A stretch of DNA of 64,000 nt from Nitrospirota bacterium (GCA_963754875.1 CAVWHO010000020.1:352001-416000); one strand, 5' to 3'; numbered from the stretch's first letter, positions 23,194-32,096 are shown. Numbers and translations: made by a program. The notes: a model not told the origin generated them from the sequence alone.

Positions 23194-23790
23194 ATGTCAG
23201 AAAAGAATCCGCATGTCATTGTCATAGCCGGGCCGAACGGGGCCGGAAAATCGACGACAGCGCCGATGCTTCTCAAGGGGACGCTGGGTGTGACGGAGTT
23301 CGTGAATGCCGACGTCATCGCTCAGGGGCTCTCCGCGTTCCAGCCGGAGAGCGCGGCGTTCCATGCAGGCCGGGTCATGCTGGAGCGGCTGCACTTCCTT
23401 GCGAATGAGCGCGTGGATTTCGCATTTGAGACTACGCTGGCGAGCAGATCCTTTGCGCCCTGGATTGCAAAACTGAAGCAAAGCGGGTATACTTTCCACC
23501 TGGTGTTCCTGTGGCTTCCGAGCGCTGATTTTGCCGTTGCCCGCGTGGCCGAGCGGGTCCGCATGGGCGGGCATGATGTGTCTGAGGAAACCATTCGGAG
23601 GCGGTATAATAAGGGTATCGAGAACTTCTTCCGGCTTTACCGGCCGCTGTCGGACACGTGGCGGATGTATAATAATTCGGCCCGTATAGGACCACGGATT
23701 CTGGCTGATGGCGGGACTGGGAGAAGAGAAGCAACTTACGATCCGGCAACCTGGAGCATGATCAGAGGTGAACACAATGAGCGTAGCTGA
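23194..23790 (+). CDS. Zeta-toxin-like P-loop ATPase/kinase
   Basis: IAGPNGAGKST, FVNADVIA, FAFETTL, RVRMGGHDV. Confidence 0.88.
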   Translation: MSEKNPHVIVIAGPNGAGKSTTAPMLLKGTLGVTEFVNADVIAQGLSAFQPESAAFHAGRVMLERLHFLANERVDFAFETTLASRSFAPWIAKLKQSGYTFHLVFLWLPSADFAVARVAERVRMGGHDVSEETIRRRYNKGIENFFRLYRPLSDTWRMYNNSARIGPRILADGGTGRREATYDPATWSMIRGEHNERS

Positions 23791-23971
23791 AAAGAAAACA
23801 ATTGACGAACTCTTTCGCGACGGAAAAGAAATTGATATCGCTTTACGGAATGCCGTCCAGCAGGCTCTCTTGCAGCACAAGAAGGCCGGAAATCCTGTGG
23901 CCGAGTGGCGTGATGGCAAGGTTGTCTTGATCAAACCGGAAGATATTGTTGTTGAAGAGAATCAAAAGTAA
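23777..23971 (+). CDS. Small partner protein of zeta-like ATPase (putative antitoxin)
   Basis: Overlaps ATPase stop, GAGGTG RBS, HKKAGNPVAEWRDGKVV. Confidence 0.7.
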   Translation: MSVAEKKTIDELFRDGKEIDIALRNAVQQALLQHKKAGNPVAEWRDGKVVLIKPEDIVVEENQK

Positions 23972-24030
23972 AAACCCTCTCCGGGTTCCTTCCCTCTCAC
24001 ACAGCCCGCTCACCTTTGGAAAGCATCAAT

Positions 24031-24111
24031 AAAAAAGCCCCAGTCTTAACGGCGACTGAGGCGCTGCCACGGTCCTGAACCATAGGTAATGGACCACCAG
24101 CCTTGCGGCTT
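24031..24111 (-). ncRNA. Candidate ~80-nt small RNA (possibly PtaRNA1-like antisense RNA)
   Basis: TTGAAC-17-TATATT promoter (24146-24118); AGCC-GCAA-GGCT hairpin; GGTCC/GGACC stem; 9-bp terminator stem plus U6. Confidence 0.65.
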
Positions 24112-24171
24112 GGCAATAATATACAGCAGTGAATAATAGAGTTCAAGCTAAAAGGAAAGGCATTATCAGTT

Positions 24172-24212
24172 ATGACATCTTCCGCAATCGTTCAAAAACT
24201 CTGGAACTACTG
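24172..24212 (+). pseudogene. hsdM: 5' stub of a type I methyltransferase gene
   Basis: Encodes MTSSAIVQKLWNY versus MTPAAIVSKLWNY at 26927; ends at a G run just before the REP-like motif. Confidence 0.8.
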
Positions 24213-24249
24213 GGGGGGGCGATAGGGTCACCCATTTAAAGGGCACCGT

Positions 24250-24625
24250 CAAGCGGAAAAAGCTATCTTGTGGCGAGAAACGAATGTTTCTCGCCGAGCC
24301 TTTTCGTTATCTTCATCATTACCATTGCCGCAGTTTCATTCGGTTTCGGTGTCAGTCTTCACTGCACCAGTCACCCATCGGGATTAAGGTCATTGGTGAA
24401 GCTCTTTATCCATGACCCTTTCCGCCTTATGGCGGACCAGAAAATCTTCGGTTCCATGCCGTGTCCAGGAGTTTGTACAGGTCTCATGGTTGTTAACCAG
24501 CCCCATGATGGCTCGCGGCATGGGCAGTAAAGATGCTGATAACGCTATAAAAGGGTGGGACGGATTACCAATCAGGTCTCGTGGTTTTTTGCCAACCCTA
24601 AGCCAGGTTCACCGTCCCAGCCAGC
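24250..24625 (-). ncRNA. Bridge/seek RNA region of the IS1111-type element
   Basis: ~375-bp non-coding region 3' of recombinase; stem-enclosed loops matching both strands of the target; ATGGGTG matches the donor junction. Confidence 0.8.
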
Positions 24626-25654
24626 CTATGAACTTTGTGTAAAGATTTTCTCCGGCATAAAGGGAACTCCATCTCGCATGATGTAGTACGCTGCCCGCGC
24701 CAGTTTGTGGGCCAGGGCTTGATGGGCTATCATGGCGTTGGTCTTTTGCATCTTGCGCTGGTAATATGCCCGGGCTTCCGGATAATAGCGCCGGGCGATC
24801 TCGGCAGCTTCGGAAAAGGCCCATGCCAGGTACTTGTTGCCGCTTTTCTTGTTCCCTTTGCCCTTTTTCTTGTCGTTGCTGATCCATTTGGTTGAAACTT
24901 TCCGGCAGTAGGAACAATAGTTGCCGACTTGCGCGAAGCGGCTGATCGGGCCGGTCTCCAGCATGATGGTAAGTCCCAACGTTTTACCCACTCCCGGCAA
25001 CGTGAGGAGATTTTTGTATGGTTCGCGCAGCTCCATTCTGTCTTCTATGATGCTCTCAACCGTTTTGATCTTGAGCGTCAGAAAATCTATGGACTCCTTG
25101 CTGATCTTGCCGGCCAAGGCCAGGTCCTCGTTCTGCTCAAGAAACGGCGCAACGCGATCCGTTTTCAATGCCTTGACGTCGTTCGTCTTGAGCCGGAACC
25201 CGTTGTTACGGCAAATGATGTTCTGCAAACTGATGATGAGCGAGGTCCTGAGCTTTACGAGATGACTTCGTTTGCGTAACAAGTCACGGACTGGTCGATC
25301 TTCTTTCGGGTAAATGTAGCCTTCGGGAAGGATCCCGAGCCGCAGCATCTCGGCCAGCCAGAAGGCATCATGCTGATCGTCTGAATACTTGAGCCCCTTA
25401 TATTGCTTTATCTCCGTAGGGTTTGCGAGATGCACCTTGTATCCTTCTGCCATGAGTGCATCCACCAACCAGTACCAGTTGTACGTGGACTCGATGACGA
25501 TGCCGATAATCGTATCCTTGTATGGTGCGAGAGCGGAAAGAATTTGTTCCGGATCATTGGGAAGCTTCTTTTTGAACACCCGTTTACCAGTTTCATCGAT
25601 GATCGCCAGATAACTGTTGCTTGAATGTAGATCAATTCCTGTGTACAATCTCAT
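24626..25654 (-). CDS. IS110-family DEDD recombinase/transposase
   Basis: GIDLH, IVIEST, KYSDDQHDA, TLPGVG, GNKYLAWAF, ALAHKLAR. Confidence 0.95.
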   Translation of the reverse strand: MRLYTGIDLHSSNSYLAIIDETGKRVFKKKLPNDPEQILSALAPYKDTIIGIVIESTYNWYWLVDALMAEGYKVHLANPTEIKQYKGLKYSDDQHDAFWLAEMLRLGILPEGYIYPKEDRPVRDLLRKRSHLVKLRTSLIISLQNIICRNNGFRLKTNDVKALKTDRVAPFLEQNEDLALAGKISKESIDFLTLKIKTVESIIEDRMELREPYKNLLTLPGVGKTLGLTIMLETGPISRFAQVGNYCSYCRKVSTKWISNDKKKGKGNKKSGNKYLAWAFSEAAEIARRYYPEARAYYQRKMQKTNAMIAHQALAHKLARAAYYIMRDGVPFMPEKIFTQSS

Positions 25655-25832
25655 AAAGCACCTCCTGGGATAAGATTGGTCTCTTCTCCCAAGAGCATAT
25701 CAGAGCTTAACCACTCTGGTATGCTCTGGAGGTGCCCTTTATATGGTTATACAGGTCTTTTCTTCTTGATATCGCTTCTTTATGATATGGTGATATGGCG
25801 GTTGGAGCGGTGAGCGCGAATCGTCATCATTC

Positions 25833-26240
25833 CTAGCCCCGCCCGGCCCGGAGGGTTTCCCAGAATTGCCTCGGTGTGATGATGGGGATGTTTTTGTATC
25901 GCTCTAAAACGAGCAGATCCTTGTCGCCGGTTATAAGGTAGTCCGCATGTCCTGCATCGGCAGCGCCGAGAACGGGAAGGTCCTCGTTGTCGCGGCACTG
26001 CACAGCAGTCACCGGCAGCGGTACCGCAAGAATGGAATATTCTCTGAGATACGCCATGATGTCGTCGGCAATGGATGCTGGAAGCGCGATTTTTTGAATC
26101 AGTTTTTTACGAACTTCGGAAAGGATGTGCTCGCTGGTTATGACGGTGTGACCGGAAAGACAGAGTTCAAGAACGTCGGCGCTCAGGCCGCGCGCGGCAA
26201 ATGCCGCGATAATGACGTTCGTGTCCAGAAGGACTTTCAT
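25833..26240 (-). CDS. PIN-domain toxin (VapC-like)
   Basis: VLLDTNVIIAA, CRDNED, LITGDKDLL. Confidence 0.92.
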   Translation of the reverse strand: MKVLLDTNVIIAAFAARGLSADVLELCLSGHTVITSEHILSEVRKKLIQKIALPASIADDIMAYLREYSILAVPLPVTAVQCRDNEDLPVLGAADAGHADYLITGDKDLLVLERYKNIPIITPRQFWETLRAGRG

Positions 26241-26455
26241 GAAATAGCTTTGAATACATCTTCATCGGTCAGCAGGCCTTGTGATTCGGCAAACGGCAGG
26301 ACCTTTTTCCGCAACAGCTGAAACTGTTTGACCGAAAGGTAGCGGATAAGGGCATCTTTAATGATCTTGTCCTTCGATGTCTTTTCCGCTTTCATGACGG
26401 CTTCCAATTCTTTTTCGAGCTTGTCAGGTAATTTTATGGTAATACTTGATGGCAT
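26237..26455 (-). CDS. Ribbon-helix-helix (CopG-like) antitoxin
   Basis: ITIKLPDKL beta-helix-helix pattern; 4-bp overlap with PIN gene. Confidence 0.85.
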   Translation of the reverse strand: MPSSITIKLPDKLEKELEAVMKAEKTSKDKIIKDALIRYLSVKQFQLLRKKVLPFAESQGLLTDEDVFKAIS

Positions 26456-26473
26456 TGTTATCTCCTTTTATGT

Positions 26474-26707
26474 TTAACGCTTCTCTTCCCGGACTTCCTG
26501 TATCGCGTGAGCAATGTCTGATTCTATCTCGTCAGATGAATACTGCGAAGAACGGGCGTGGATTTTTCGCAGGATGCTGTCAAACCGCTTCTGCCATTCG
26601 TCATGGGAGAGGATTTTCAGCTCAACCTGTTCATGCTCTTTGAGGTCCATTTTCTGCAGCGGCTTGAGAACGCCGTTTTCGAATATTGCATTGACTACTT
26701 TGGACAT
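26474..26707 (-). CDS. AF2212/DUF104-like antitoxin
   Basis: AIFENGVLKPL...LKEHEQV; GGAGG RBS. Confidence 0.8.
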   Translation of the reverse strand: MSKVVNAIFENGVLKPLQKMDLKEHEQVELKILSHDEWQKRFDSILRKIHARSSQYSSDEIESDIAHAIQEVREEKR

Positions 26708-26926
26708 GCGGACCTCCTTTGCGATGGTTTCCGGGTTTTAATGCCGGGCAGTTTTACGCCCTCAATTGCAGAAGAGGTCACAACGGCTGTATAAAGCATG
26801 GATTTCCGCCGGGTTGGATTTTTGAGGTATGGATTAGTATTGATTAGCGAGTCTTTCTTCATAGGAATATTATAGTCGATATTAGAATCAAGTCAATCGA
26901 TTCTTAAAAGGAATAAAAGGGATTAT

Positions 26927-28495
26927 ATGACACCAGCAGCAATCGTTTCAAAACTCTGGAACTACTGTAACGTCCTCCGGGACGACGGAATGAGCTACGG
27001 CGATTATGTGGAGCAGCTCACGTACCTGCTGTTCCTCAAGATGGCCGACGAGCGCACGAAGCCGCCGTACAACCAGCCGAGCGCCGTGCCCGCGAAGTAC
27101 AACTGGCCGACGCTGCTCAAAAAAGACGGCGACGACCTGTTCGACCACTACCGCCACATGCTCGAAAGCCTGGGCAATGAAAAAGGTCTGCTCGGCCTGA
27201 TCTTCAACAAATCCCAGAACAAGTTTCAGGACCCTTCGAAGCTGCGACGGCTTGTTGTCGATCTGATCGATAAGGAAAACTGGTCGGTCATGAGCGCTGA
27301 TGTGAAAGGGGACGCATACGAGGGCCTCCTGGAGAAGAACGCACAGGATACCAAGTCCGGCGCAGGCCAGTACTTCACTCCCCGTCCTTTGATCCAGGCC
27401 ATGGTCGACGTGATCCAGCCGAAGCCGAAAGAGACCCTCTGCGATCCTGCGTGCGGGACCGGGGGCTTTCTCTTAGCTGCGCACGATTACGTGGTAAAGC
27501 ATAACCCGAACATGAGCGCCGATGAGAAGCGCAAACTCAAAGGCTCGACCTTTAAGGGCTGGGAGCTGGTCCAGAGCATGGCCCGGCTCTGCGCCATGAA
27601 CCTGATGCTCCACAGCATCGGGACCGACAAGGACCTTCCTATCATCGTTTCGGATTCTCTTGCTGCCGACCCGGGAGACAGGTTCGATATCGTACTGACC
27701 AATCCTCCCTTCGGGAAAAAGAGCAGCACCACTATCGTTGCTGAGAACGGCAAGGTATCACGGGAGACCGATATCATCGAGCGCGAGGACTTCTGGGCCA
27801 CGACGTCCAACAAACAGCTCAACTTCATCCAGCATGTAAAGACCCTTTTAAAACAGAATGGCCGCGCGGCGGTTGTCGTGCCGGATAACGTCCTGTTCGA
27901 AGGCGGGGCAGGGGAGACGGTCAGGAGAAAGCTCCTGCACGAGTGCGACGTGCATACCCTCCTGCGCCTGCCTACGGGCCTGTTCTACGCCCAGGGTGTG
28001 AAGGCGAACGTGCTGTTCTTCGACAAAAAGCCGGCAAGCGAAACACCTTGGACAAAGAAGCTCTGGATCTACGACCTCCGCACGAACATGCACTTCACGC
28101 TCAAGACGAGCTCCCTCCAGCGCTCAGATCTCGACGAGTTTGTGAAGAACTACAACCCCGAGAACCGCCATCAGCGTAAGGCTACCTGGAAGACTTCCCC
28201 CTCACCCCAGCCCTCTCCCCGAAGGGGCGAGGGAGTAAAAAATAAGCGCAAAACAAGTGGAGAGGAAGGTAAAAATGAAGGGCGCTGGCGGTCGTATACC
28301 TATGACGAACTCGTAAGCCGCGACAAGGCGAGCCTCGACATCTTCTGGCTCAAGGACGAATCCCTCGAAGCATCCGACAACTTGCCCGATCCCGACGTTA
28401 TCGCCCAGGAGATCGTGGAAGACCTGGAAGCTGCGTTGGAACAGTTTAGGGAGATTGTGGCTGATCTTGGTAGCAATAAGAAAAGTGCCGATTAA
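26927..28495 (+). CDS. hsdM: Type I restriction-modification N6-adenine methyltransferase (no hsdS/hsdR nearby)
   Basis: GAGQYFTPR, DPACGTGGFL, TNPPFG. Confidence 0.93.
   Translation: MTPAAIVSKLWNYCNVLRDDGMSYGDYVEQLTYLLFLKMADERTKPPYNQPSAVPAKYNWPTLLKKDGDDLFDHYRHMLESLGNEKGLLGLIFNKSQNKFQDPSKLRRLVVDLIDKENWSVMSADVKGDAYEGLLEKNAQDTKSGAGQYFTPRPLIQAMVDVIQPKPKETLCDPACGTGGFLLAAHDYVVKHNPNMSADEKRKLKGSTFKGWELVQSMARLCAMNLMLHSIGTDKDLPIIVSDSLAADPGDRFDIVLTNPPFGKKSSTTIVAENGKVSRETDIIEREDFWATTSNKQLNFIQHVKTLLKQNGRAAVVVPDNVLFEGGAGETVRRKLLHECDVHTLLRLPTGLFYAQGVKANVLFFDKKPASETPWTKKLWIYDLRTNMHFTLKTSSLQRSDLDEFVKNYNPENRHQRKATWKTSPSPQPSPRRGEGVKNKRKTSGEEGKNEGRWRSYTYDELVSRDKASLDIFWLKDESLEASDNLPDPDVIAQEIVEDLEAALEQFREIVADLGSNKKSAD
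28199..28234. repeat. 36-bp palindromic element inside hsdM (PSPQPSPRRGEG)
   Basis: CCCTCACCCCAGCCCTCTCCCCGAAGGGGCGAGGGA; 29/36 identical to 55110-55145. Confidence 0.75.
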
Positions 28496-28507
28496 GGAGG
28501 TTACCAC

Positions 28508-28960
28508 GTGAAGTCAGGCAAACTTTTAAATAGAATACATAAACGTATTTTTTTGCAGTTCGTTCTAGCTCTTATTATTATCGGCGGATGTAGCCTTCAG
28601 CTCATTTCACCCTACGATGCGGACACTCAGCGCTCGACATTTGAATGCGCCAAGATGGTAGATCAGTTCTACGGCAAGATCCTTGAAACGGATGCACAGA
28701 ACCGCCAGTATACAAAATTTGCCGATCAGTACACGACAATTGAATCAGAACTTAGATCCCTTGTCCTTCGCAACAAGGTGCGAAAGCTTAACGAAGACTC
28801 TGTTAATATTTCTCAGCAAATATTAGCGCTCTGGCAGAAATACAAGGCTCGGCATAAGACGGACGACACCTACAGCACCGGCAATGCGGAATTAGACCGT
28901 GACCGCTTTGCGCGACTCTTCGCATATGCCGTGCGGGCCGAAGATGCGAAGAAACCGTAG
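28508..28960 (+). CDS. Hypothetical lipoprotein
   Basis: AAGGAGG RBS, lipobox IGGC. Confidence 0.75.
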   Translation: MKSGKLLNRIHKRIFLQFVLALIIIGGCSLQLISPYDADTQRSTFECAKMVDQFYGKILETDAQNRQYTKFADQYTTIESELRSLVLRNKVRKLNEDSVNISQQILALWQKYKARHKTDDTYSTGNAELDRDRFARLFAYAVRAEDAKKP

Positions 28961-28969
28961 TGCGAACAA

Positions 28970-29452
28970 TTGCCTGAGGAGACTGGTATGTCATTTAACC
29001 CGGAACAGACAGAGAAGGATATGCTGGCATCAGCTCAAGCGGTCATGGGCACAGAATGGCTCAAGATAAAGGACGCGCTGCAGCAGGTGATAGATGGTGA
29101 GCGCGAAGCTCTCAAAAAGATTGCTGAGGCATATGCTCTTGGTAAAGTGAAAGTACCCCGCAGCAGAGCTGCGGGGCATCTGGCCTTGGAACCTAAAGAT
29201 ACATCGAAACAAGAGGCTAATCCTGACTACGTCAGGATGTCCTTTTCATCCCAGCAGCAGAGCTGCTGGGTATTTCAGGACGCTTTTATAAATGAAGATG
29301 ATCTCAAGAGCCAACTAGAGGACGAGAAAAAAACATTTAATGCTGGTCTTTCCATGGTGCATGCGGTGAAAAGGGCATCTGTACAAAACGCTGTCAATGC
29401 GGCCTTGGGAACATTCTGGAAGGCGGTTTCTGCTGCTGTTAAACCAGGCTGA
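28970..29452 (+). CDS. Hypothetical protein carrying a 47-codon in-frame MITE insertion
   Basis: Removing 29147-29287 restores AYALGK-INEDDL; likely start ATG 28988. Confidence 0.7.
   Translation: MPEETGMSFNPEQTEKDMLASAQAVMGTEWLKIKDALQQVIDGEREALKKIAEAYALGKVKVPRSRAAGHLALEPKDTSKQEANPDYVRMSFSSQQQSCWVFQDAFINEDDLKSQLEDEKKTFNAGLSMVHAVKRASVQNAVNAALGTFWKAVSAAVKPG
29147..29287 (-). mobile_element. 141-bp non-autonomous IS200/IS605-type element (PATE/MITE)
   Basis: Subterminal hairpins CCCCGCAGC-AGA-GCTGCGGGG and CCCAGCAGC-AGA-GCTGCTGGG; on - strand follows TTTAT and ends TTCAC; no duplication. Confidence 0.85.
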
Positions 29453-29624
29453 TTATCATACAAACTTGCTATTTTGATTTCAACGCCATCTCCTTTCATT
29501 CTGTTATCCTGTCGGGTCCAAACAAGCCCTTGCCGATTTTATCAATTTCCTGCAGACTTCATACCGAGGGTGCTTTGAGTATGCCTAAGACGATGACCCG
29601 CCTGTCGGAGGAGGAACACCTGTA

Positions 29625-30065
29625 ACCGTTAAAAACGGCATAACCCTGACCTCGGGAGCATACCGGGTAAGCTCGATCAATCTCAGCGGGAGCGGTAAAG
29701 GCACCATTAACGGCAATGTAACACTCTACAAAACGGGCAGCGTAAATCTTTCCGGCAGCTCACAGATCGTGATTTTTCCGGGTAGTTCGCTGACCATCTA
29801 TATTAACGGCAGCCTCAATGTTAGCGGAGGATCAATAGTAAACCAGACGCTCAGTCCGCACAATCTGACGATTTATGGGACCCCGACCTGTACTTCTGCA
29901 AGTTATTCAGGAAGCAGCCTCCTCTATGGGGTCATTTACGCACCTGCTGCTAGGACGGCGCTTTCCGGAGGAGTCAATGTCTACGGGTCTATAATCGGGA
30001 AATCGGTAGCTATGTCCGGCGGCGGCTGTTCACTATGACTACAGCCTGGGGAATACCGCAAATTG
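29625..30065 (+). pseudogene. C-terminal fragment of a G/S/N-rich beta-helical surface protein (PilX/TadG C-terminus-like)
   Basis: INLSGSG...LYGVIYAPAARTALSGGVNVYGSIIG, then frameshift to VHYD; no N-terminus. Confidence 0.6.
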
Positions 30066-30464
30066 AGGAATTCGATGACTCGCTAAGGCAGCTCTAATCA
30101 TACGAGAAGCCGATGCCCTTAAGTCCTGGTGATCATCATACACGTGGGCGGTATATGTGTTACGACCGGAATTCGTCTGCTACGGGCATAACAAAACCTT
30201 CCCTAACCCTTCTTCTCATTCCCTCGGTGTTGTCACCGCCTAAATCGAGCTATATTTTCTATAGATAATTGCTTTTTAAAGCAGCCAAAAGAAGCCGAAA
30301 AATATTTGTCTGATAATTAAATATGTCATATTATCAGCAACTATACAACGCAATTAGTGCTAGAATTGATGAAAGAGCAGTGAATGAGGTGAAAATAACG
30401 ACGGCAATCTGACCCATAACAATCACCAAGCCAAACAGATTTTCAAACTCTGAGGGAGGTAATT

Positions 30465-30995
30465 ATGGACGATCTAAAATTGCCTGAATCCAAGAGCGAA
30501 TTTCTTGACCGTGTAACATCCCTCTCTAAGGAAGGGCATGGTGTACACTATCAGGATTTTGAGCGTGTATTTAGAGAGTCGGCAAAAGAAGATATTCCGG
30601 TCGATGGTTGGCGCAAAATTACCAGTTTCACGTCCGATCAACGTGGTTTTTGGGAAGCCGAGTGGTTATTTTCCCAGGCATATTCTCCAAATATGATGGC
30701 AAAATCAGAAATGAATGGCTGGAAGATCATCTGTGAAGCTTGTTTGGATGAATTAAAAAATAAAATTTCTGAAGCAGCGTATATGATTGAAGAACAGCGC
30801 AATCTAGCAGTGTTGAAGTATTCTCTAAAAAGAGCGGTTGCTTATAATGAGTCAAAACTCTCCCGAAAAATTAGAGCAAATGTGCGATCGTCACTCCTTA
30901 TTAAATTAGATGAAATCGGATTGCGCCGTGTTGCTGCACGCCTTTATGCACGAACTTTATATCCCAAGGGAACTGTAGGTCGTGCAAGCAATTAA
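30465..30995 (+). CDS. Hypothetical protein (AT-rich)
   Basis: GGAGG RBS, 176 aa ORF. Confidence 0.7.
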   Translation: MDDLKLPESKSEFLDRVTSLSKEGHGVHYQDFERVFRESAKEDIPVDGWRKITSFTSDQRGFWEAEWLFSQAYSPNMMAKSEMNGWKIICEACLDELKNKISEAAYMIEEQRNLAVLKYSLKRAVAYNESKLSRKIRANVRSSLLIKLDEIGLRRVAARLYARTLYPKGTVGRASN

Positions 30996-31166
30996 CTTAA
31001 ACTAGTTCAACCAGTCCTTAAGCACATACTGGGAATTTGGCCCAGACCTCATTCTCCTTGCTGTGAAAGTTATACTGCACGTTTCAATCTAATAATCTCA
31101 AGGATCGAGAAGTGACCCCTAATGGTTGTGTTTCCAATCTCCCTCTCATCTACGCATTTATGGGCA

Positions 31167-31195
31167 TTGACATAGCTTATCAATAATCATATAGT
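31167..31195 (+). promoter_or_regulatory. Sigma70-like promoter
   Basis: TTGACA-17 bp-TATAGT upstream of 31320. Confidence 0.55.
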
Positions 31196-31319
31196 TCCAG
31201 TGGATAATTTCACAGCAACGGGCGGGCATTTTATTTGCTAAATCCGCTAACATCGTATCTCGGATATTAGTTTTGAACACTCTGTTTTATCCGTTCGAGG
31301 GGGACAGGAGGGTGATTCT

Positions 31320-32096
31320 ATGCACAAGAGCGATGGCAGTGAAATGGATCCCGTCCGGGAATCCGGGCCTGAAAACCTTCCCGCACGTCGAAGGACGGTG
31401 CGATCGATCGTCGGTAGGATTCTTCTCCATTGCGGGTTTCTCCTGATCGCCGTCGTTGCCCTCGGGGCGTATGAGCATTTCAAGCTTCATGGGGAATCAA
31501 CGCAATCGCTGGTGAGCCTGCTGCTTGCGGCTGGCTTCGGGTTTGCACCGGTACGCGCCCTGGTGCGCGAGCTGTTCGTGATCGAAGGCAAGCTGCTGCA
31601 CCTGGTGCACGGTGTCGGCGGGCTGGCGTTGGGCGGGTTGGTGCTGGGGGGTGTGGTTTCAGGTGGGCCGCTGCTGGCGCACGCGGCGCTTGCGCCGTTC
31701 GCGATTATGGGCGCGGCGCAGGCGGTGATGCATCAGGATCACCCGCGCAGCCCGCAGCAGGCCGAGGCGCTGAGGCGTTTCGTGACGAGCCTGCCGGAGG
31801 TCGAGCAGTTCACGAAACCGGGAAATCTTACATCTCCTGAAAACGTGCGCCGGGCAGTCGCGGTTCTTACCGATCTGGTGACGAAGGCGCAGGTGCTCGG
31901 TGAGACCGAGCTGCGATCCGATCCCGGTTTTCAAGGCGCGCTCAGGCGGGTCACGACACGCTTCGGGCTTTCGCTCGGGCTAGACGCGGTTGACCGGGCG
32001 ATCGGAAAGCTGTCAGCGAACCCGGCGGCGGCGAGTGCGGTCCCCGAATTGCGCAATCGGCTCGCCAAGGTGCGTAAGGCGGTCGGAGATGAATAG
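31320..32096 (+). CDS. Hypothetical membrane protein (GC-rich)
   Basis: GGAGG RBS; about four hydrophobic segments then soluble tail. Confidence 0.75.
   Translation: MHKSDGSEMDPVRESGPENLPARRRTVRSIVGRILLHCGFLLIAVVALGAYEHFKLHGESTQSLVSLLLAAGFGFAPVRALVRELFVIEGKLLHLVHGVGGLALGGLVLGGVVSGGPLLAHAALAPFAIMGAAQAVMHQDHPRSPQQAEALRRFVTSLPEVEQFTKPGNLTSPENVRRAVAVLTDLVTKAQVLGETELRSDPGFQGALRRVTTRFGLSLGLDAVDRAIGKLSANPAAASAVPELRNRLAKVRKAVGDE

Larger units (their letters stand above)
24231..25753 (-). mobile_element. IS110 family, IS1111-type element inserted in the REP-like motif
   Basis: Subterminal IRs 24232-24247 and 25731-25746 (15/16); CA core at 24229-24230 and 25752-25753; excision restores TAGGGTCAGGTCTTTT. 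Confidence 0.92.

Noticed and set aside
24270..24642. Short ORFs downstream of the IS110 recombinase
   Set aside because: Better explained as the bridge/seek RNA region; no coding signals
30402..31120. TGACCC-containing words flanking the 30465 ORF as further REP-like copies
   Set aside because: Only 6-8 bp match the motif; too degenerate to support
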